From Macrostomum lignano (taxonomy: Eukaryota): a stretch of 64,000 nt of DNA. The translations under genes and the position numbers were made by a program. The DNA lies in contig NIVC01001049.1 of NCBI GenBank assembly GCA_002269645.1, positions 124,001 to 188,000 of the forward strand, written 5' to 3'. The notes under the pieces are model-generated. The model saw only the letters and a list, made by a program, of their open reading frames with translations. It searched no databases and was not told where the DNA came from. Below, piece after piece: positions 26,099-39,218 of the stretch; position 1 is the first letter of the stretch, and each line of letters opens with the position of its first letter.

Positions 26099-28084
26099 GC
26101 TGCTTCTTGAGCTTCTCAGAGTAAGCCGCTACCGCGGCCCCGTCGCCGCCGCCTGCGGGACCTCCGGCCTGCCGCTCGGCGCCGGTGGCGTACAGCACTT
26201 CGCCCGGCTTCCAGTTCACGAACCGGCGCTGCCGACGCTGCGCCGCCCGTCCGCCGGCCTGCGAGGAGTTCGTCACCGTGGCCGCGTCCGCGTCTTCGCC
26301 GTAATAGTCGGCGAAGTCCATCAGCGAGGAGGTGGTGACTGGCTGGATCAGCTCGCCGCCGTCCGGCCGGTAGTGCGGCAGCTGCTCGGAAGGCTGCAGC
26401 AGCAGGCGGTCCGACAGCTCGTCGGGCTGCGGCTCGGCCTGCTGCGCCAGCGCCTGCGGCTGCTGCACCGGCGGCTGCTGCTGCTGCTCAAAGTTCCTGG
26501 CGTACTGGCCGGTGGACCGCGGCTCCAGCTGGGCGTCGCGCAGCCGCACCTCCGAGTAGAACTGGTTGTTGTAGTCATCCGAGCTGATCAGCGCCACCCG
26601 CTCGCCCTCGGGGTTCACCCGGTAGCCGTGGCGCTCCCGCTGGCGCCGCATGGTCTCGCCGTAGCCCGGCGGCTTGCCCGCCCGCTTGTCCAGGCTGTAC
26701 TGGCTGTAGTGCTTCTTGGGCGCGGCCGGGCTGTCCAGCAGGTTCTCCAGCCGGGGCAGCAGGTGGCCGAGGTCGTCGCCGGTCACCAGCTTCGGCTTCG
26801 GGTCGTAGAGCGGCCGCTCCTTCTTGGAGATGGACGACACGTAGGTGGCCGCGGCAGGCGGGTCGGCCTCCGCCACCCGGGGCAGGCGGGTCGGCACCTT
26901 CCGGTTGGACTTCAGCACCAGGCGGCCCTCGCCGTCCATGCGCACCTTCACATCGGCGTCCTCGTGCCAGTCGTGCCGGTAGTTCTCCAGCGGGGCCAGG
27001 ATCAGCGACCGGTTGGTGACGGAGGCCGGGGCCAGCTCGAAGCGCCTGGCGTAGCCCTCGGTCTTGTACAGGTCCTTGGCGCCCCTGCCCGTCTCGGCGC
27101 CGGCCTCGGCCTCCTCCGGCTGCTGCGCCGGCAGCTCCAGCGGCGGCACCGAAGCTGCTTCATCCGTCGGCTTCTTGCCCGCCTTGTCCGCCGCCTTCTT
27201 CTTCTCTGGGGAGGCCTGTCGGGGCTTGTCGAACTCGTGCCTGGCGTACTCCCACTCGTCCGGCTCCCGCTGCGGCTGCTTTTGCTGCGGCGGAGTCTTC
27301 TTCTTCTGCTGCTGCTGCTTCGGCTGTTTTTGCTTCTGCTGAGCCATACCGCCGCCCGGCTTTGCCTCAGCAGCTCCGGCAGATTTTTTATTACCTGCCA
27401 ATTTGGCTTCACCGGATGGCTTTTGTGCGGCCTGTGAATTGTTGCCAGGCTGCTGCCTCTGCTCCCGTTCCCTCTTCTCCTTCTCCCGCTGCTCCTTCTG
27501 CCTCTGCTGCTCCTGCTGCTTCTGCTGCTGCAAATTTTGTTGCTGTTGCCGCTGCTGCTCTCTCTGCTTCTGCTGCTGCTCCTGCTGCTTCTGCTGCTGC
27601 TCCTGCTGTTGTCGCTGCCGCTGCTCTCGCCTCTCCTTCTCTTCCTGCAGCTGCTGCTGGCGCCGCTTCCTGTCCGCCGCCGCCGCCTCGGCCGCTGGAT
27701 CGGCCTGCTTTGGGTCCCGCTCGTTCGGCAGCCGGCGATGTCGCGTGGCCGCCGGCTTGGCCGCCGCTTCGGCTGCCGTCCGCTGCGCGAACTCTCGCTG
27801 CCGTTCGCGCAAGGCCGCCCGCTGGCCCGCCTCCTCGCTGTTGGCTCGCCGCTGCTGCCGCCGCTGCTGCCCGCGGCCGTCCCCGTCTTGCCGCTGCGCC
27901 CGCTGCTCCACCTCCTCCGCGTATTCCCGCCTGGACTCGAAGCCGCCACCTCTGCCGAGGTCCCCGGAGCCGCGGCGCAGCCTCGGCCGGTTGCTGTCGT
28001 GCTCCAGCCAGGGCAGCCGCTCGTGGTACACCTTCCAGGGGTTCGGGGTCGCGGAGTCGAAGTGTGGAAGATTTGAAGAAGAAG
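25890..28084 (-). CDS. Large terminal exon encoding a ~713+ aa Q/R/E-rich low-complexity protein with ~24-Q tract; probably the last exon of the tau-like gene
   Basis: 2.1-kb open frame with strongly GC-biased third positions; stop at 25890. Acceptor position uncertain (28085 or 28032). No recognisable globular domain. Confidence 0.75.
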
Positions 28085-28599
28085 CTTGACGGATGGGGCA
28101 TAAAGCACGCTCTCAAGGAGCCCTTTGAACCACAGCATGCAGTGCCGACCTCTCCCCAAACCCTAATTTTAATAGGCCGGGGTTTTTCAGTTCACACACA
28201 GCTGATTGCATCAAATTTCTACTTTTATGGGGGGCGCATTTTACATGTGATATGGAGATTTTTATTCAGCAAAAACTGCCACAATCTGCCGTGTGTGAAC
28301 TGAAAAGGTTACAGCATTCATATTGTGTGCATAGAGTGCGCGGGATTGACTTCTGTGCTCAGAGTTTGACTCATGCGGTTGCCCACATCCGGGGTCCTTA
28401 ATCCTCCACTCAATCCAGTTGCTAGGAGGAGGACTCAGGCTTACCAGCAACGGAAGGCGGCAGTCGGGACAGCTGTCTGAGCACTGCTGATTGTGCAGCG
28501 GGGCAGGACGGATGCTCTATTCAGAAACTTTACAATTACATGACAATGGCAAACACCCCAGGGTCTCGCCTGCGACCTCCGTGAGTCAGACTTGAAACT

Positions 28600-29437
28600 G
28601 TGTGCCTGTGTGATTAAGCTGTATGTAGTGTGCCTGTGTGATTAAGCTGTATGTAGTGTGCCTGTGTGATTAAGCTGTCTGTAGTGTGCCTGTGTGATTA
28701 AGCTGTATGTAGTGTGCCTGTGTGATTAAGCTGTATGTAGTGTGCCTGTGTGATTAAGCTGTCTGTAGTGTGCCTGGGGGATTAAGCTGTCTGTAGTGTG
28801 CCTGGGTGATTAAGCTGTCTGTAGTGTGCCTGTGTGATTAAGCTGTATGTAGTGTGCCTGTGTGATTAAGCTGTATGTAGTGTGCCTGTGTGATTAAGCT
28901 GTCTGTAGTGTGCCTGGGTGATTAAGCTGTATGTAGTGTGCCTGTGTGATTAAGCTGTATGTAGTGTGCCTGTGTGATTAAGCTGTCTGTAGTGTGCCTG
29001 TGTGATTAAGCTGTATGTAGTGTGCCTGTGTGATTAAGCTGTATGTAGTGTGCCTGTGTGATTAAGCTGTATGTAGTGTGCCTGTGTGATTAAGCTGTAT
29101 GTAGTGTGCCTGTGTGATTAAGCTGTATGTAGTGTGCCTGGGTGATTAAGCTGTATGTAGTGTGCCTGTGTGATTAAGCTGTATGTAGTGTGCCTGTGTG
29201 ATTAAGCTGTCTGTAGTGTGCCTGTGTGATTAAGCTGTATGTAGTGTGCCTGTGTGATTAAGCTGTATGTAGTGTGCCTGTGTGATTAAGCTGTATGTAG
29301 TGTGCCTGTGTGATTAAGCTGTCTGTAGTGTGCCTGTGTGATTAAGCTGTATGTAGTGTGCCTGTGTGATTAAGCTGTCTGTAGTGTGCCTGTGTGATTA
29401 AGCTGTCTGTAGTGTGTCTGCATGATTAAGCTGTGGT
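28600..29437. repeat. 28-bp minisatellite (GTGTGCCTGTGTGATTAAGCTGTATGTA)
   Basis: Visible array, ~30 units. Confidence 0.95.
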
Positions 29438-29527
29438 GTGCCTGTTCCTCAAAACAAAACTCCTTCCCTCAGTTTCACTGCTCACTGCATCCCGGATGCA
29501 TCCCTAGATCCCGGATCTCCAACTCAC

Positions 29528-32500
29528 TCGAATTCCAGGCCGCCTGGGCTCGTAGTCCTTGTTCTCCAGAGATCTGACCTTTGGCTGCGCCCTGTCCGTG
29601 AAGTCCAGCTGGTCGTTGAAAATCTGAGTTTTTTGGTAGGCATTTAGGAAGGAGAAAAATAAGATTCTGAACTATTTCCAGGATACAAGTGAATGGAAAC
29701 TGGTAAATCAATGTGTTATTTTAGTTAGCGGCACAGCAAAACGCGGGTGTTGTTCGAAACTTGGCTGGCTGGTGAGAGTGGCCAAAGAAACTCTCGAGTC
29801 ACAGAAGCGCCAAAGACTGCATAGGGTGAAAAATATTGTCAGAATTATTGGCAAACAGGGAGAAGCAACTTGTGAGAAGGTGCAAAGCGTCAGGGCTGAG
29901 GGCTACCGAACCCAGGGCTGGCGCGGTCCGCACGCCTCACCCGCGTTTTGGACGGCCGGCTCTGGTAGTCGATGTTCTCCCTGGTGTTCAGGGCCGGCTT
30001 GTCCGTCCATCGAAGCCGCTCGCTGTACACAAACTGCCATCGAGCAGTCGAGAGGGAACAATGCGTTGGTAAAACACTGTCACGTAACTCAAGTTCTCAT
30101 TACGACATTTATTCGGGTTATTTACGATTTTTCGCGGGTTTTCTACGAAACCAATGATTTCAAAAAAAGACAAGGTTTTCCGTCAAATAAGTTCCGAGTT
30201 TTCCGGGAAACAAATACGTTTAGGAAGAGATTTTTTTAAAGCCATTTGTTCACTCAGTTTTCTAGCAATTATTTAATTTAAATACACGAATGCTTTTCTT
30301 AAAATGACTTCAAAACAGCAGAAACTTTTCCGGGTTTTGCAAAAATAAGTTCACGAATAAGTTTGAAGGGCATTTTCCCAACGACCTCGAATACTAAATA
30401 ATCTTAAGTTCGCAAAAACGCCAGGCCATTCGAAAGGCGTTGTTGCCCACCCTGTCAGCGAGCTGTCTGCACCCTCGATCGAGATTTTCTGTGTCCGGTA
30501 AAGTAATCACAAAAAAAAATGTTTTCTTTCTCACTACGCTACAATTAAAAGGAATTGGCTACACGATCTACTGCGAAACACAACAACTACATAAAAAAAT
30601 ATAACGCACAGGGAACTAATGAGCAAACGTATTAGTTTTTGCTACTTCTGGTTTTTATAATAATTTAAATTACAGTTATTTGGTTGGCCCAGTCACCGGG
30701 TTATTAATTTTCTATCAATTGTTGCTATGGTAACACTCTTTAAAAATAATTATGGTGATTATTAACAACTAAAAACGGAACTCCTATTCATCGTGTTATT
30801 GTGTTTATCTATATCTACTGGATAGAAATCAAATCAAGAGTTCTACTCCGCTATAAGTAGTATGCATGGGGGTGTACTTTTTTGTCACCCCCGCCGGGCT
30901 TGTGGGTGGCGTTGTCCAAGGAGCCGATCTTGGAGTGCGCGTGCCACTGGACCGCTTCCTGGAACACCTGACAGCCGCCGCGAGAGTTTGTTGAATATCA
31001 GGGACTGAACAGCTCGTTCAAACTGAATGTTTTTGATTAGACTAAGCAGGAAATCAATCAAAGCCTGCTTTGATATAAAAATAAAACTTAAACATTAAAA
31101 AAAGCATTCCAATCTTCACCTTTTTGTCGCCTCCGCTGGGCCTGTACTCCGCATTCTCCAGCGAGCCAATCTTCGGCTTGGCCTCCTTCTGAAATTGCAG
31201 CCGCTCGTTGAAGATGGGCTTGTTGCCGCCGCCTGCCAGGTTGAGTTTTGGAGGGTTGAAAATCTAGCTGGAATCGCAGTCGAATGTACATGCTAACTCT
31301 GCCTCTTCCGGGCCTCCAGGGTCTATCACGAGAAAGCAGTAAACAAGTGTACAGTAAATCTTGAATTTCCTTCCCTTTTAAAAGTACATTCCAGCTCTGT
31401 CCTTTTCAGCCCTATCCCACCGACCCTACCGTTAGCTAGCAGTAAACAAGTGTACAGTAAATCTTGAATTTCCTTCCCTTTTAAACGTACATTCCAGCTC
31501 TGTCCTTTCCAGCCCTATCCCACCGACCCTACCGTTAGCTAGCAGTAAACAAGTGTACAGTAAATCTTGAATTTCCTTCCCTTTTAAACGTACATTTTAG
31601 CTCTGTCCTTTTCAGCCCTATCCCACCGACCCTACCGTCAGCTGGCAGTAAACAAGTGTACAGTAAATCTTGAATTTCCTTCCCTTTTAAATGTACATTC
31701 CAGCTCTGTCCTTTTCAGCCCTATCCCACCGACCCTACCGTTAGCTAGCAGTAAACAAGTGTACAGTAAATCTTGAATTTCCTTCCCTTTTAAATGTACA
31801 TTCCAGCTCTGTCCTTTTCAGCCCTATCCCACCGACCCTACCGTTAGCTAGCAGTAAACAAGTGTACAGTAAATCTTGAATTTCTTTCCCTTTTAAATGT
31901 ACATTCCAGCTCTGTCCTTTTCAGCCCTATCCCACCGACCCTACCGTTAGCTAGCAGTAAACAAGTGTACAGTAAATCTTGAATTTCCTTCCCTTTTAAA
32001 AGTACATTCCAGCTCTGTCCTTTTCAGCCCTATCCCACCGACCCTACCGTTAGCTAGCAGTAAACAAGTGTACAGTAAATCTTGAATTTCCTTCCCTTTT
32101 AAATGTACATTCCAGCTCTGTCCTTTTCAGCCCTATCCCACCGACCCTACCGTTAGCTAGCAGTAAACAAGTGTACAGTAAATCTTGAATTTCCTTCCCT
32201 TTTAAATGTACATTCCAGCTCTGTCCTTTTTCAGCCCTATCCCACCGACCCTACCGTTAGCTAGCAGTAAACAAGTGTACAGTAAATCTTGAATTTCCTT
32301 CCCTTTTAAATGTACATTCCAGCTCTGTCCTTTCCAGCCCTATCCCACCGACCCAACCGTTAGCTAGCAGTAAACAAGTGTACAGTAAATCTTGAATTTC
32401 CTTCCCTTTTAAACGTACATTCCAGCTCTGTCCTTTTTCAGCCCTATCCCACCGACCCTACCGTTAGCTAGCAGTAAACAAGTGTACAGTAAATCTTGAA

Positions 32501-33696
32501 TTTCCTTCCCTTTTAAAAGTACATTCCAGCTCTGTCCTTTTCAGCCCTATCCCACCGACCCTACCGTTAGCTAGCAGTAAACAAGTGTACAGTAAATCTT
32601 GAATTTCCTTCCCTTTTAAAAGTACATTCCAGCTCTGTCCTTTTCAGCCCTATCCCACCGACCCTACCGTTAGCTAGCAGTAAACAAGTGTACAGTAAAT
32701 CTTGAATTTCCTTCCCTTTTATATGTACATTCCAGCTCTGTCCTTTTCAGCCCTATCCCACCGACCCTACCGTTAGCTAGCAGTAAACAAGTGTACAGTA
32801 AATCTTGAATTTCTTTCCCTTTTAAATGTACATTCCAGCTCTGTCCTTTTCAGCCCTATCCCACCGACAATACCGTTAGGTAGCAGTAAACAAGTGTGCA
32901 TTAAATATTGAATTTCCTTCCCTATCAAATGTACATGCCAACCCATTTCTAACCTTTAGCCAAGGACTACTCAAGTAGGACGGGATCGGGAAACTACGTT
33001 TCTTAGAAAATGTTAAGGAGGCTGATTTTCGCCGAAAAATGCACCACGGAGATAGGAAGTTTTCACTTTTTCATTTTAAAATTGTTATTGCCTTCGATAG
33101 GAGACAGAACCAATGCTCATCTTTTGATATGTTTTGCCTTTCTTATAGCTCTACTGATATTCGTGGAGCTTTTCGTTCAGAAAATTAGGATTCTATTCTA
33201 TTCTATTAGGAATTTTATTCTCCGGCACGGCTCGGCGCATTGGTTTTATGAATCTATTCTGTCATTCTTAGCTGACTGTGTAACAATATGTGTAGCAATT
33301 ATGATAAAATAGATTCATAAAACCAATGAGTCGAGCTGTGCCATGAATTTTATTATTTAGGTAGAGATGTCCGTAAAATAAAAATTGACATAGAATTCAA
33401 ATTTTCTAAACGAACTACTCTTTTCCCACCAGCCATAACTCACCTGGTTGGTAGTCCTGGTTCTCCAGCGATTTAATCTTGCTCTCAGTCTGAAATTCCA
33501 CTTTTTCGTGGAAAATCTTTCTCTGAAATGACAACAAAACGATGTTTAGCTTCGAATTTAACGATTTCTTTTCAAAAGCATTTCAATTTATGCACCATGA
33601 TAAATTTTTAGCTAGCTTACACTCCCTCCTCCAGGCTTGTAATCCTCATTGTAGGCATCCACCTTGGGCTGGATCTCCTCACCTCGGGGGTGACCC
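29528..33696 (-). CDS. Tau/MAP2/MAP4-family microtubule-binding-repeat protein; micro-exons 33696-33621, 33522-33444, 31232-31120, 30967-30878, 30033-29941, 29623-29528
   Basis: Spliced translation: ..IQPKVDAYNEDYKPGGGS|RKIFHEKVEFQTESKIKSLENQDYQPG|GGNKPIFNERLQFQKEAKPKIGSLENAEYRPSGGDKK|VFQEAVQWHAHSKIGSLDNATHKPGGGDKK|FVYSERLRWTDKPALNTRENIDYQSRPSKTR|IFNDQLDFTDRAQPKVRSLENKDYEPRRPGIR. Contains the canonical SKIGSLDN.TH.PGGG motif; GT-AG sites with consistent phases. Confidence 0.88.
31336..32930. repeat. 103-bp satellite-like tandem repeat, ~15 copies, intronic in the tau-like gene
   Basis: Unit GCAGTAAACAAGTGTACAGTAAATCTTGAATTTCC...CTACCGTTAGCTA recurs at 31336, 31439 and onward. Confidence 0.95.
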
Positions 33697-33911
33697 CTGC
33701 AAGGAAGGCAGATACGGTTCTTTGTTGGAAGTCCTGGTAAGACTTTAGAGCAGTCTCAAAGCTCCTATTAGGGTCATTTAGTTTATCATGACAATTGAAC
33801 TGATATCAGATTTGATAAATATTCCAGCGTACACTCGTATACACTTAAAAAGTGACAAATTAGGCCGAAATGGCAACATGAGAGTTGCCATTTTGAATTT
33901 GGGACTCTCAC

Positions 33912-35745
33912 CAGGGTCTGACAGCATGAGAGTCCCAAATACAGGGTCTGACAGCATGAGAGTCCCAAATACAGGGTCTGACAGCATGAGAGTCTCAAAT
34001 ACCAGGGTCTGACAGCATGAGAGTCCTAAATTCCAGGGTCTGACAGCATGAGAGTCCCAAATACAGGGTCTGACAGCATGAGAGTCCCAAATACAGGGTC
34101 TGACAGCATGAGAGTCCAAATACCAGGGTCTGACAGCATGAGAGTCCTAAATTCCAGGGTCTGACAGCATGAGAGTCCTAAATTCCAGGGTCTGACAGCA
34201 TGAGAGTCCTAAATTCCAGGGTCTGACAGCATGAGAGTCCTAAATTCCAGGGTCTGACAGCATGAGAGTCCTAAATTCCAGGGTCTGACAGCATGAGAGT
34301 CCCAAATACAGGGTCTGACAGCATGAGAGTCCCAAATACAGGGTCTGACAGCATGAGAGTCCCAAATACCAGGGTCTGACAGCATGAGAGTCCTAAATTC
34401 CAGGGTCTGACAGCATGAGAGTCCTAAATTCCAGGGTCTGACAGCATGAGAGTCCTAAATTCCAGGGTCTGACAGCATGAGAGTCCTAAATTCCAGGGTC
34501 TGATAGCATGAGAGTACCAAATACAGGGTCTGACAGCATGAGAGTCCTAAATTCCAGGGTCTGACAGCATGAGAGTCTCGAATGTCACAGTCTGACAGCA
34601 TGAGAGTCCCAAATACAGGGTCTGACAGCATGAGAGTACCAAATACAGGGTCTGACAGCATGAGAGTCTCGAATGTCACAGTCTGACAGCATGAGAGTCC
34701 TAAATTCCAGGGTCTGACAGCATGAGAGTCTCGAATGTCACAGTCTGACAGCATGAGAGTCCCAAATACAGGGTCTGACAGCATGAGAGTACCAAATACA
34801 GGGTCTGACAGCATGAGAGTCTCGAATATCACAGTCTGACAGCATGAGAGTCCTAAATTCCAGGGTCTGACAGCATGAGAGTCTCGAATGTCACAGTCTG
34901 ACAGCATGAGAGTCTCGAATGTCACAGTCTGACCGCATTAGAGTCTCGAATGTCACAGTCTGACAGCATGAGAGTCCCAAATACAGGGTCTGACAGCATG
35001 AGAGTACCAAATACAGGGTCTGACAGCATGAGAGTCCCAAATTCCAGGGTCTGACAGCATGAGAGTCTCGAATGTCACAGTCTGACAGCATGAGAGTCTC
35101 GAATGTCACAGTCTGACAGCATGAGAGTACCAAATACAGGGTCTGACAGCATGAGGGTCCTAAATTCCAGGGTCTGACAGCATGAGAGTCTCGAATGTCA
35201 CAGTCTGACAGCATGAGAGTCCTAAATTCCAGGGTCTGACAGCATGAGAGTCTCGAATGTCACAGTCTGACAGCATGAGAGTCTCGAATGTCACAGTCTG
35301 ACAGCATGAGAGTCTCGAATGTCACAGTCTGACAGCATGAGAGTCTCGAATGTCACAGTCTGACAGCATGAGAGTCCCAAATACAGGGTCTGACAGCATG
35401 AGAGTCCCAAATTCCAGGGTCTGACAGCATGAGAGTCCCGAATGTCACAGTCTGACAGCATGAGAGTCCCAAATGCCAGGGTCTGACACAGCAGGGGAGT
35501 CCCGAATGTCACAGTCTGACAGCATGAGAGTACCAAATACAGGGTCTGACAGCATGAGAGTCCCAAATTCCAGGGTCTGACAGCATGAGAGTCCCGAATG
35601 TCACAGTCTGACAGCATGAGAGTCCCAAATGCCAGGGTCTGACACAGCAGGGCAGTCCCGAATGTCACAGTCTATCAGCCTGAGAGTCCCAAATTCCAGG
35701 GTCTGACAGCATGAGAGTCCCAAATGCCAGGGTCTGACACAGCAG
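33912..35745. repeat. ~30-bp minisatellite with constant GTCTGACAGCATGAGAGT core and several alternative spacer variants
   Basis: Visible; variants CCCAAATACAGG, CCTAAATTCCAGG, CTCGAATGTCACA. Confidence 0.95.
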
Positions 35746-35936
35746 GGGAGTCCCAGATTCCCAGATCCCTGGGTCCCGCAGCGCCCCAGATCCCCAGATC
35801 CCAGAGTCCCGCAGCGCCCCAGATCCTCAGATCCCAGGGTCCCGCAGCGCCCCAGATCCTCAGATCCCAAGGTCCCGCAGCGCCCCAGATCCCCAGCTCG
35901 GTCCCCGAAGTCCCCAGAGCCGCCGCGGTGCCTCAC

Positions 35937-36102
35937 AGTCGGCAGGCAGGCCGATGCGCATTCGCTGCCTCGGCGTGTCCTCCTCCTCGGCCATGATCTC
36001 CGGGATCGTCCTTCCGAACTCGTCGAAGCTTCTGAACTCTCTCCGCCTGAGCTGCTCCTCAGCTCTCAGCCTGCTCAGCGCTCGGGAGCGCCGCTCGGCC
36101 AT
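35937..36102 (-). CDS. Candidate first coding exon of the tau-like gene (MAERRSRALSRLRAEEQL...)
   Basis: ATG in GC-rich ORF, donor GTGAGG at 35936. Phase 1 does not match the 33696 exon (phase 2), so a missing exon or 1-nt error is needed. Confidence 0.45.
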
Positions 36103-37512
36103 ATTTGAGCCGAGTTTGTCCAGTCTCAGCTCAGTTCGAATCCGATTGGCCTACCCACCGAGTACACTTGTTCTCCTCTGCTCTCTGCTGCTCTTTATCA
36201 GTTGCAATCTTTCATATTAAATAACTCTGTGTTTCTCTTCTCTGCGTTTTGATGCTTGAAAAAACTGGCGAGCAAAAGGAGCGTCTTGTTGCTTTTGATG
36301 CGGCAGCAGTTCACCCCGAGGGGGGGGGGCAGCCAGGCTGAGAGAGGAGAGTCGGGCAGGCTGGGGAGGTGGGTGAGGGTCGGAGACTGTCGAAGATGGC
36401 GTTGGCAACGGCAACAGCCAGAGCTCATTGTGTGCTCCATCAGCTCAGCCCACAAAGCAGCGCTGCTCACACGGCATCTCGCTCCCTATCTCCCTCTCTC
36501 CCTCTCACTTTTCGCAGCTCAAGTGCCCTCCTTGCGTACACCTCGCTAGCCCGTTTTGCTCGCTGACAGTCGGGTGCACCGGCCTGCCCGTTGCATCAAA
36601 TACAAAGAGAAGGAGACGCGTAGAGATATGAAAATTGCGCTCTGTTTGCACAGAACTGGCAAACTTAAGTGCTCAGTTTATCTAGCGGCACCTAATGGGA
36701 CTAAAATAATGTCCGAATTTGTCTACTAATAGCGAGTGTAACAGTAGTGAAAGCCGCGTTTTGGCATCGGATTTTGCAATCTGTCCTGTCCCAAAAATAG
36801 TGCAAAGCCCTGAAGCCCAGCACTACTCAGGGCAGAGCTGAGGCCAGTTGAGAACAGCTGGCCGACCCCGCAGCCACCACCCTGCTCGTGGCAGGGGCTG
36901 CAACCGCCGGTCCCCGCGCTCCGCCCCCAGTTTTTGCAGGGCAAGTTCACTCATGCGAGCAAGGGACTCCCAGCCAAGCTGTTGCTATGCTGTTTCTAAG
37001 CCAAATTTCTGCTCAGTTTACTCACTTGAAAGGTTGCGTCAGCCCTTGCTTTTTATTGCATCTGGGTAAATAAGTTTGGATCGAGGATCGGACCCGCGTG
37101 GGGGCCCCGATGTCCTTATGCTGCAACCTATTTTTTTCCAGGAACTGAAGTCTATTTTAGCTGTTTATTCCTTACAGCCGAAGGTTATTGTCGGTTTGGC
37201 ATAAGGTCACGCAGACGGCCTCTGCGCGTTCCAAAGCACTTCGATTGGAATAACAAAAACTGCAGCCAAAAAGTGCAGCAGAGACTCTTGGACTGGCTTG
37301 TGTTAGCCGTGTGCAATTTCGGCTGTCTGTCTGGCTGGCGCGTTTGGCTGTTCCGCTGCTACGATTGCGAATTCCGGCCTTGCTGATAACGGGATCCGGT
37401 ATTAATAGCAGGAATTTTGCCAAAACCGGGATCTATTCCCAAGCACAAAATACATGTTGAGGGGGACCATTAAAACATTATTTTTGTCATTTTTTCGCTT
37501 ATATCATCTCTA

Positions 37513-37835
37513 ACTACCGGCATTTCCAATCCCGGGATGCCGGTCTCCAACTACCGGTGTTTCCAATCCCGGGATGCCGGTCTCCAACTACCGGTGTTTC
37601 CAATCCCGGGATGCCGGTCTCCAACTACCGGTGTTTCCAATCCCAGGATGCCGGTCTCCAACTACCGGTGTTTCCAATCCCGGGATGCCGGTCTCCAACT
37701 ACCGGTGTTTCCAATCCTAGGATGCCGGTCTCCAACTACCGGTGTTTCCAATCCCAGGATGCCGGTCTCCAACTACCGGTGTTTCCAATCCTAGGATGCC
37801 GGTCTCCAACTACCGGCATTCCAATCCCGGGATGC
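37513..37835. repeat. 37-bp minisatellite (CCAATCCCGGGATGCCGGTCTCCAACTACCGGTGTTT)
   Basis: Visible, ~8 units. Confidence 0.9.
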
Positions 37836-39218
37836 CGATATTTTATTCCCTAGATTGCAGACACCGAGACCGCCCCGCAACCATGCAGTTGAGAAGCACC
37901 GCCACTGAGACTCACCGGCTGCAGGCGCGTCCGTCGTCTGAAAATGCAGGGCGCGTTGTTGAAGGCTGGGGTTGAGGCGGAAGAACTGGCCCCGACTGGA
38001 AAACTGCGGCTGCGGCTGCTGCTGTATCATTTTCTCTAGCGGTGAACTGGCTTCGCTAAAGCCCGCATCTGCAGTAGCGGGACCGAGAGAGAACCTGGGA
38101 AGCTGCCTAACAGCGGCACAGGAGCTGATGGAATCACTGCTAAATATGCAAGCTGGCCTGTTTGAGGGCTCATGTTTGCCTATGCAACTGGCTGTGCAAC
38201 TGACTGAGGCCTGCACCGCCTGCTAGCTATAGTCCTAGCTATCTTCTGCTGAGATTTGCTGCTATGCAAATAGTAGAGATAGGAGGCTGGAGGCTGATGA
38301 GCAGGTGAACTGCTGGGCTTTGCTCACCTGTGAGTTTTCCGCTTTGGCTGTCCTTGACAAGCTGGTCGAACTCGGCTCTGCGAAAGGTGGCGGCAAGGAG
38401 CTCGAATGTTATTCGGATGGCTTAAGAAAAATATGAACTCAGGATTCTGTGAAAAATGCTAGGGGAGTACAGGAGGGAAGGAGGGGAGAGAGGGAGGGTA
38501 TAGAGAGAGGGTATAGAGGAGGGTATAGCAGGAGGATATAGGGGGTGTATAGGAGGGTACAGAGGTTGAGCGGCAATAAACAAAATAAAAATAAAACGGC
38601 TTGAAACAATCTCAAACGAATGTCAATTTTTAATCATTTTCAAGCCTCCAGTTTCCATGTCATCCGCAAGCGCAGGCGAGATCAGGGCGCCCCCCACCCC
38701 TAACGCCTCCGCAGTGTTTGCGCTGCCATCGAATTTCGATTTGTGAAATTCTAACTTGATTAGACTCAGTGACATCTCGCAGGATGTCCCACAGGAGTGC
38801 CGTGTTTACGGCAGCCGAGAGCCCGAAGGACGCGATGACAGAGACGGACAAATCTAAAAACAGCACTAAAAAGTTCCCAATTTCCCAGCCAGCCGAATTC
38901 TGACAACGAGAAAAAAATCAGACAAAAGGGAGAAAATGCTATTAAGCTGCTATTTTTAGTTTGAGTCGCTTTAGAGCTGCTCGGTCTGTCAACATACCCC
39001 AGCGGTCGATGATCCATTGAAGAGGACTGCGATCACGTAGCGATTGGGTCTTCCAAAATATCCGCTTCAGGCAACCCGATCCCCACCGCCTGCTGACGTC
39101 AGGCAGGGGCAATCAGACCTGAGAGGTGCGCCTAATGGGAGCTGGGGGGGGGTCGCTGCCCGAAATTGGAGCAGGACCCGCCCTAAATCCAAATTGAGAC
39201 TTTAATCTCCGCCCCCGT

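Noticed and set aside
36200-38450. Several short ORFs and possible exons between the tau-like gene and the repeat ORF
   Set aside because: No homology and no phase-consistent gene model could be built.
38660-39080. RNase H-like peptide on the minus strand (LVLFLD...LLWDIL...IEIRWQRKHCGG..R.DLA)
   Set aside because: Resemblance is weak, upstream stops interrupt it, and a GTATGT...TTGTCAG intron favours a different frame; needs an HMM search.
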